Assembly: GCA_963716985.1 (NCBI GenBank)
Contig: OY970323.1
Span: 1,568,001-1,632,000, forward strand
DNA from: an uncultured bacterium
GTDB lineage: Bacteria > Chlamydiota > Chlamydiia > Chlamydiales > SM23-39
Reading direction: 5' to 3'
Length of the DNA: 64,000 nt
The notes beneath the pieces are model-generated. The model ran no database searches and had not been told where the DNA came from. It was given only the letters and a program-made list of their open reading frames with translations. The position numbers and the translations under genes were made by a program. Of the stretch, positions 59,685 through 64,000 are shown piece after piece. Each line of letters opens with the position of its first letter. Within the stretch, counting starts at the first letter, position 1.

Positions 59685-61271
59685 ATGGCACAAACCCCGA
59701 AGGAACTTCTTTTTGACGAAGAAGCTAGATTGAAACTTTTTGAAGGAATACGCACTCTTTCCGATGCGGTCTCTTTGACCTTGGGGCCCAAGGGAAGAAA
59801 TGTCGGGCTCGAATCTTGGAGAACTCCCATCATCACCAATGATGGCAATCAGATCGCACAGGAAATTGAACTCAAGGATCCCTTTGCCAATATGGGTGCG
59901 TCCCTCGCAAAAGAGGCCCTCGATAAGATCAAAGAAAAATGCGGCGATGGTTCCACGACTGGCATAGTTTTGCTGCACGCCCTCGTGCAACAGGGAATCA
60001 AATCGTTGGGCGTCGGCCACAACCCCATACCGATGAAAAGAGGAATGGAAAAAGCTTTGAGCGCCATTCTGCTTCATCTCGAAAAAAATGCTTTTTCCAT
60101 CAAAAGCAATGAAGACATAAAAAATATTGCATCCGTTGCGGCTTCGGGAAATGCCGAGGTAGGAGTTAAGATTGCCGAGGCCTTCAAAAAAACCGGAAAA
60201 GAGGGGGCCATTTTCATCGAGGAGGGCAAGGGATGCGACACCACGGTAGAAATGAGCGAGGGTATTGAGATCGACCGCGGCTATTACAGCGCTTATTTTT
60301 GCACCAACCAGGAAAAGCTTACCGTGGAGATGGAAAACCCCTATCTTCTCATCACCGACAAAAAGATCGCTTCCATTCAGGAGATATTAGGGATTTTGCA
60401 AGTAGTTGCGAGCACAGGGCAAGAACTGCTTCTCATTGCAGATGATTTCGAGGGCGACGTCCTGGCCACGCTTGTGATCAACAAACTCAAGGGCATACTC
60501 AAAATAGCCGCCATCAAAGCACCCGGTTTTGGCGATCAGAGAAAGGTTCTTTTGGAAGATATTTCCGCCTTGACGGGGGCCACCTTCATTTCCGAGGAAA
60601 AGGGGTTGTCTCTTCAGAAGGTTTCCAAAGAACAATTGGGCTCTGCGGAAAGAATCTTGATTTCCAAAGATAAAACCCTCATCGCAGGGGGCAGGGGAAG
60701 TAAAAAAGCCATTCAAAATCGCATCGCAGAGATCAATGCCGAGTTGAAAAACACGACCTCTGATGAAAAAGCGTCCTTGGAAAAAAGAAAGGCCAAGCTC
60801 TCTTCGGGCGTGGCGGTCATCAAAGTGGGCGCTCATAGTGAAATGGAGCTCAAATCGCTCAAACAGCTTTTTGAAGACAGCCTCAATTCCACAAGGTCTG
60901 CCCTGGAGGAGGGAGTGGTGATCGGGGGTGGTATAGCCCTTCTTCGCGCCAAGGAGTCCTGTCAAAAACTCAAACTCGACGCCGAGGAAAAATTGGGGGC
61001 GGATATTCTCCTGCGAGCATTGGAGTCTCCGGCAAAACAAATCCTCCAAAATGCAGGACATGAAGCCACTCTTCTCATCGACTCGATTCTCAAAGGAAAG
61101 CCCACGATGGGATTCAACGTAATGACCGAGCAGATGGAAGATTTTTATCAAACGCGGATACTCGATCCTTTAAAAGTCGTCAAAACGAGTCTGACCCATG
61201 CCGTTTCGATTGCTCTGTTGGTCTTGACCTCAGAAGTGCTCCTTGCAAATGCTGCTACAACCACTGAATGA
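59685..61271 (+). CDS. groEL: Divergent chaperonin GroEL paralog (GroEL2/3 type)
   Basis: TLGPKGRNV, GDGSTT and KAPGFGD motifs; no GGM tail; no adjacent groES. Confidence 0.92.
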   Translation: MAQTPKELLFDEEARLKLFEGIRTLSDAVSLTLGPKGRNVGLESWRTPIITNDGNQIAQEIELKDPFANMGASLAKEALDKIKEKCGDGSTTGIVLLHALVQQGIKSLGVGHNPIPMKRGMEKALSAILLHLEKNAFSIKSNEDIKNIASVAASGNAEVGVKIAEAFKKTGKEGAIFIEEGKGCDTTVEMSEGIEIDRGYYSAYFCTNQEKLTVEMENPYLLITDKKIASIQEILGILQVVASTGQELLLIADDFEGDVLATLVINKLKGILKIAAIKAPGFGDQRKVLLEDISALTGATFISEEKGLSLQKVSKEQLGSAERILISKDKTLIAGGRGSKKAIQNRIAEINAELKNTTSDEKASLEKRKAKLSSGVAVIKVGAHSEMELKSLKQLFEDSLNSTRSALEEGVVIGGGIALLRAKESCQKLKLDAEEKLGADILLRALESPAKQILQNAGHEATLLIDSILKGKPTMGFNVMTEQMEDFYQTRILDPLKVVKTSLTHAVSIALLVLTSEVLLANAATTTE

Positions 61272-62214
61272 AAAAGTAGCCCTTCTCCCTGCCTTTGGCA
61301 TCGGAGATGGGCTCATCATGACCACGATCGCCCATCTTTTCCAAAAAAAGGGATTTGGCTGTGATCTTTTTCATCCAAAAATCCATGAGCTTTCCTCCTG
61401 GTTTCCTCACACCTCTTTCCTTCTCCCCCCCAAGGAATATGAGCTTTGCCACCTTCTTAAAAGTTATGCGTGGATCTTTGTTCAGAATGACAATTCTTCG
61501 AAGGTAAAAGAGCTGCTTTGGGGCCGGGAACAAGGGTTGTTGCCCCAACTCTGCATCTTTTACGTGACTCACAAAGAAAAAAAACATGGCCCCTTGCACC
61601 CACAGGACTATCTGTGCGATCTTTCGAAGACAATCTTGGAAAATACCATTTGCGCGGCAAACCGTCTTCTCTTGTGCAACAGCCGTTCCAAAGAAACGGG
61701 GCTGAGCGTCCCAAACCACTTGCAAAAAGGCCGTTTTGCCAAAAGGATCCTCCTCCACCCCTTAAGCGGCTCCATGGATAAGAACTGGACAAAAAAGAAA
61801 TACCTCCTTCTTGCGCAAAAGCTCCAAGAGAGAGGATTCGATCCGGTGATTACCGTGGGCCCTCAAGAGAGAAGCTTTTGGACCGAATCGACCGATTTTG
61901 GCATCGATCTTCCCCTCTTCCCCTCACTCCACGATTTTGCAAGCTTTCTCTATGAATCAAAAGCTCTTATCGGCAACGATTCTTTTGCGGGGCATTTGAG
62001 CTCTCTTTTCGCTCTTCCTACCCTCATCATCGCCTCGAAGAAAAAGCAGATGGACCTCTGGCAGCCCGGATGGAAAAAAGCAAAGCTCGTCTTTCCGCCC
62101 TCCTGGATCCCCAACTGGAAACCTTTCCGTCTTCTGGAAAAGCGATGGCAGCTCTTCATCTCCGTCCGGCAGGTCCTCGATACTTTTAGCCAAACACTCG
62201 CAGACAATAAATAA
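61249..62214 (+). CDS. Glycosyltransferase family 9 protein
   Basis: GIGDGLI, LHP...KNW and IGNDS..GHL motifs. Start ambiguous (see findings). Confidence 0.8.
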   Translation: MLLQPLNEKVALLPAFGIGDGLIMTTIAHLFQKKGFGCDLFHPKIHELSSWFPHTSFLLPPKEYELCHLLKSYAWIFVQNDNSSKVKELLWGREQGLLPQLCIFYVTHKEKKHGPLHPQDYLCDLSKTILENTICAANRLLLCNSRSKETGLSVPNHLQKGRFAKRILLHPLSGSMDKNWTKKKYLLLAQKLQERGFDPVITVGPQERSFWTESTDFGIDLPLFPSLHDFASFLYESKALIGNDSFAGHLSSLFALPTLIIASKKKQMDLWQPGWKKAKLVFPPSWIPNWKPFRLLEKRWQLFISVRQVLDTFSQTLADNK

Positions 62215-62400
62215 AGCACTTACCTCTAAGCGCTTAAAGACCAACCCTCACACCCTTTTAAAAGTTACAAACTTAAAAAATAATACTCTGTTTTTTAAAG
62301 TAATTCACTTTATTGCAATAAACTGAAACTATTTTAATAACTTTAGTTGATAGTTTAATTAAAATTAATTAATATAATAATAGGCAACGAAGGTGAATCT

Positions 62401-62673
62401 ATGAAAGATGTTCCCCACCATATGATGCAATATCTAAAAAAAATGGAAAAAGAGTCGCCCAAAAAAGAGCGGGATCCGGAAGAAGAGGAACTTTTCAAAA
62501 AAAGTTGCGCCCGAGAAAAAAGCAACGAACAACAAAGAAAACAAAAGAAGCTTGCAGAAAAAAAAGAAAGGAAAAAACACACCCCGACAGATCCAACTCC
62601 GGAAGAGAGAAATCGCCAGATGCGAAAACGAATTACGATCAGACGCGCTGTCAGAAAAGGACGCTTGACCTAA
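62401..62673 (+). CDS. Small highly charged hypothetical protein
   Basis: 90-aa K/E/R-rich ORF after an AT-rich promoter region; RBS-like GAAGG. Confidence 0.6.
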   Translation: MKDVPHHMMQYLKKMEKESPKKERDPEEEELFKKSCAREKSNEQQRKQKKLAEKKERKKHTPTDPTPEERNRQMRKRITIRRAVRKGRLT

Positions 62674-62809
62674 TTTTTCTCGCAAAAATTTTCTCTGAAA
62701 TACAGCTCTGAATCAGATGATAGGCTAAAATTGTAATCCATAGGTAGCCATCAACCCGATGCGCCTTTTGCGGAGGAAGCCTACTGCTTGTCACACCTCT
62801 CGACTTTAT

Positions 62810-63682
62810 TTAATTAGTCATAACAACCCAATCCTGGGCGCTGCCTAGCAGTTTGTCAGGCTCAATCCTATATGATCGATAACCTTTGTTTGCTAATGTA
62901 TATCTTATGTCGGTTAAGGTTTCTAAGGCTAAATAATCAGCTTCAACCAGTGGTGGAAATTGTTGGCTATGCTCTTCGAAAAAGTGACTTCGATAAGCTG
63001 ACAACGCGAGTAATCGGGGAGAAGTCAGCTGAGTTGCCTCAACCCATTCGCGAACGACATCGATTTTAATCCGTTTTAATAGATTTGGATTTGCAATTAG
63101 TCGATCCCAGGAAGCTGCCGTTCGTCCAGCCTCTGAATCGTCATAATGATTATGGAACAGTGCATTTCTTTCGATTTCCACCATCGATTTCCCGACAATC
63201 ATGTCATCGATTCCGTGATTTGCTGCTATCGCAGCAATTTTTCCCGATTCTTCTCTAGCGTCAGTATTTTGAATAAAACCATCTAAAGTTGTTTGTAATG
63301 GAATTAGTCTTGCATCAGGATGCAGTTCCCCATATAGAGCCGTAATTTTTTTTAAAGCATCGCCTTCCGGTTCGATGACAGTCAATCGGCCTGTAAAATG
63401 CGGACATAGCTGTTTCAATCCGATTCCGATTTTACTTTTTTCTCCAGGAGCAACTTCTAACAACGACGAATCAGATTGCACGCCACCCACTTGAAATACG
63501 TTGGCCCAAATGCTTCCAACGAATTGATTCCATTCTTCAGTAGCCTTTGCTTCAGATGAGGGAGTAAACATGGCTTCCGGCGTGATTGTACTGTAATATT
63601 TTCTAAGCGCTTTTTCTGGATATGAAGTATGAGCATAGCTTGAAAAACTCGCCGCTTTGGTTTGGTAATCTGAAACTGTCAT
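62810..63682 (-). CDS. Hypothetical protein, possible class I SAM-dependent methyltransferase fold
   Basis: RBS AGGAG; LLEVAPG (motif I-like), LTVIEP (motif II-like), NHGIDD. Confidence 0.55.
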   Translation of the reverse strand: MTVSDYQTKAASFSSYAHTSYPEKALRKYYSTITPEAMFTPSSEAKATEEWNQFVGSIWANVFQVGGVQSDSSLLEVAPGEKSKIGIGLKQLCPHFTGRLTVIEPEGDALKKITALYGELHPDARLIPLQTTLDGFIQNTDAREESGKIAAIAANHGIDDMIVGKSMVEIERNALFHNHYDDSEAGRTAASWDRLIANPNLLKRIKIDVVREWVEATQLTSPRLLALSAYRSHFFEEHSQQFPPLVEADYLALETLTDIRYTLANKGYRSYRIEPDKLLGSAQDWVVMTN

Positions 63683-63799
63683 TGCTTTCTCCTTATTTAT
63701 TTTATGTTATATTTTGATAACACAAATAAGATTATTTCTATTTTATTATAATTAATTATAACAAATATATTATTTAATTTATATTAAATTTTTTAATTT

Positions 63800-64000
63800 T
63801 ATTAGCGTTTTTTTAAAATGCCACCTTCGATATCCGTAAGGTATTGAACCTAAGCGGAGTGGCGCATGAAGGAGCGTATGTCAATGAGTGACAATGAGTT
63901 ATCTCGATATCATGAACTTCAACAAGTTATCGAGATGCGGTTCGATCGTCACAGGCTCGAGTGGTCAAAGCCATGGGTTTGAAATGGCAGGTTATGGCGC
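63800..64000 (+). mobile_element. Chimeric IS remnant: IS1202-like left end fused to internal IS701 sequence
   Basis: 63800-63820 and about 63871-63928 match the reverse complement of parts of 20360-20519; about 63927-64000 match about 1578-1651. Confidence 0.85.

Noticed and set aside
62788..62807. TTGTCACACC and CTCGACTTT resembling the ends of two IS elements
   Set aside because: Only 9-10 bp each, with no partner IR or TSD; compatible with chance.
1..64000. Numerous overlapping or antisense ORFs in the ORF track (e.g. 372-1073, 8997-9626, 18951-19589, 45382-46125, 58626-59456, 60387-61151)
   Set aside because: They are shadows of well-supported genes in another frame or strand and show no motifs of their own.
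1..64000. CRISPR array or rRNA
   Set aside because: No regularly spaced repeat-spacer series and no rRNA-like sequence seen by eye.

Overview
This window most likely comes from an environmental chlamydia (Chlamydiota, non-Chlamydiaceae). The evidence is the chlamydial-type dcw cluster murF-mraY-murD-LysM-ftsW-murG-murC/ddl fusion-ftsQ, a divergent groEL paralog, and F-box/LRR and deubiquitinase-like effector candidates. Core genes include a DEAD helicase, ABC-F, RidA, umuDC, csp, alaS, prfC, a P-type ATPase, the dcw cluster, tRNA-Cys, rsmI and groEL. Three accessory patches interrupt them. At about 10.3-11.8 kb there is an IS end, HigBA and a resolvase remnant. At about 20-25.3 kb there is an IS1202-like remnant, a zeta-like kinase, an AbiE-like type IV TA pair with a long operator inverted repeat, and a DUF4258/HTH type II TA pair. 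At about 30.9-41.4 kb there is an IS graveyard (four elements with recognisable IRs and target duplications, plus remnants), an IS66-split AAA-ATPase/nuclease gene and effector-like genes. The most interesting candidates are: a tandem pair of herpesvirus-tegument-like (VTD) deubiquitinase effectors; a translationally coupled nucleosidase + spore-photoproduct-lyase-like radical SAM + SDR triad of unknown function; the AbiE-like pair; an Acinetobacter UmuDAb-like umuD with a candidate operator; a short C-Ala-less AlaRS; and two poorly classified Mutator-like IS elements with split ORFs. All product calls come from motif recognition by eye; no database searches were run.
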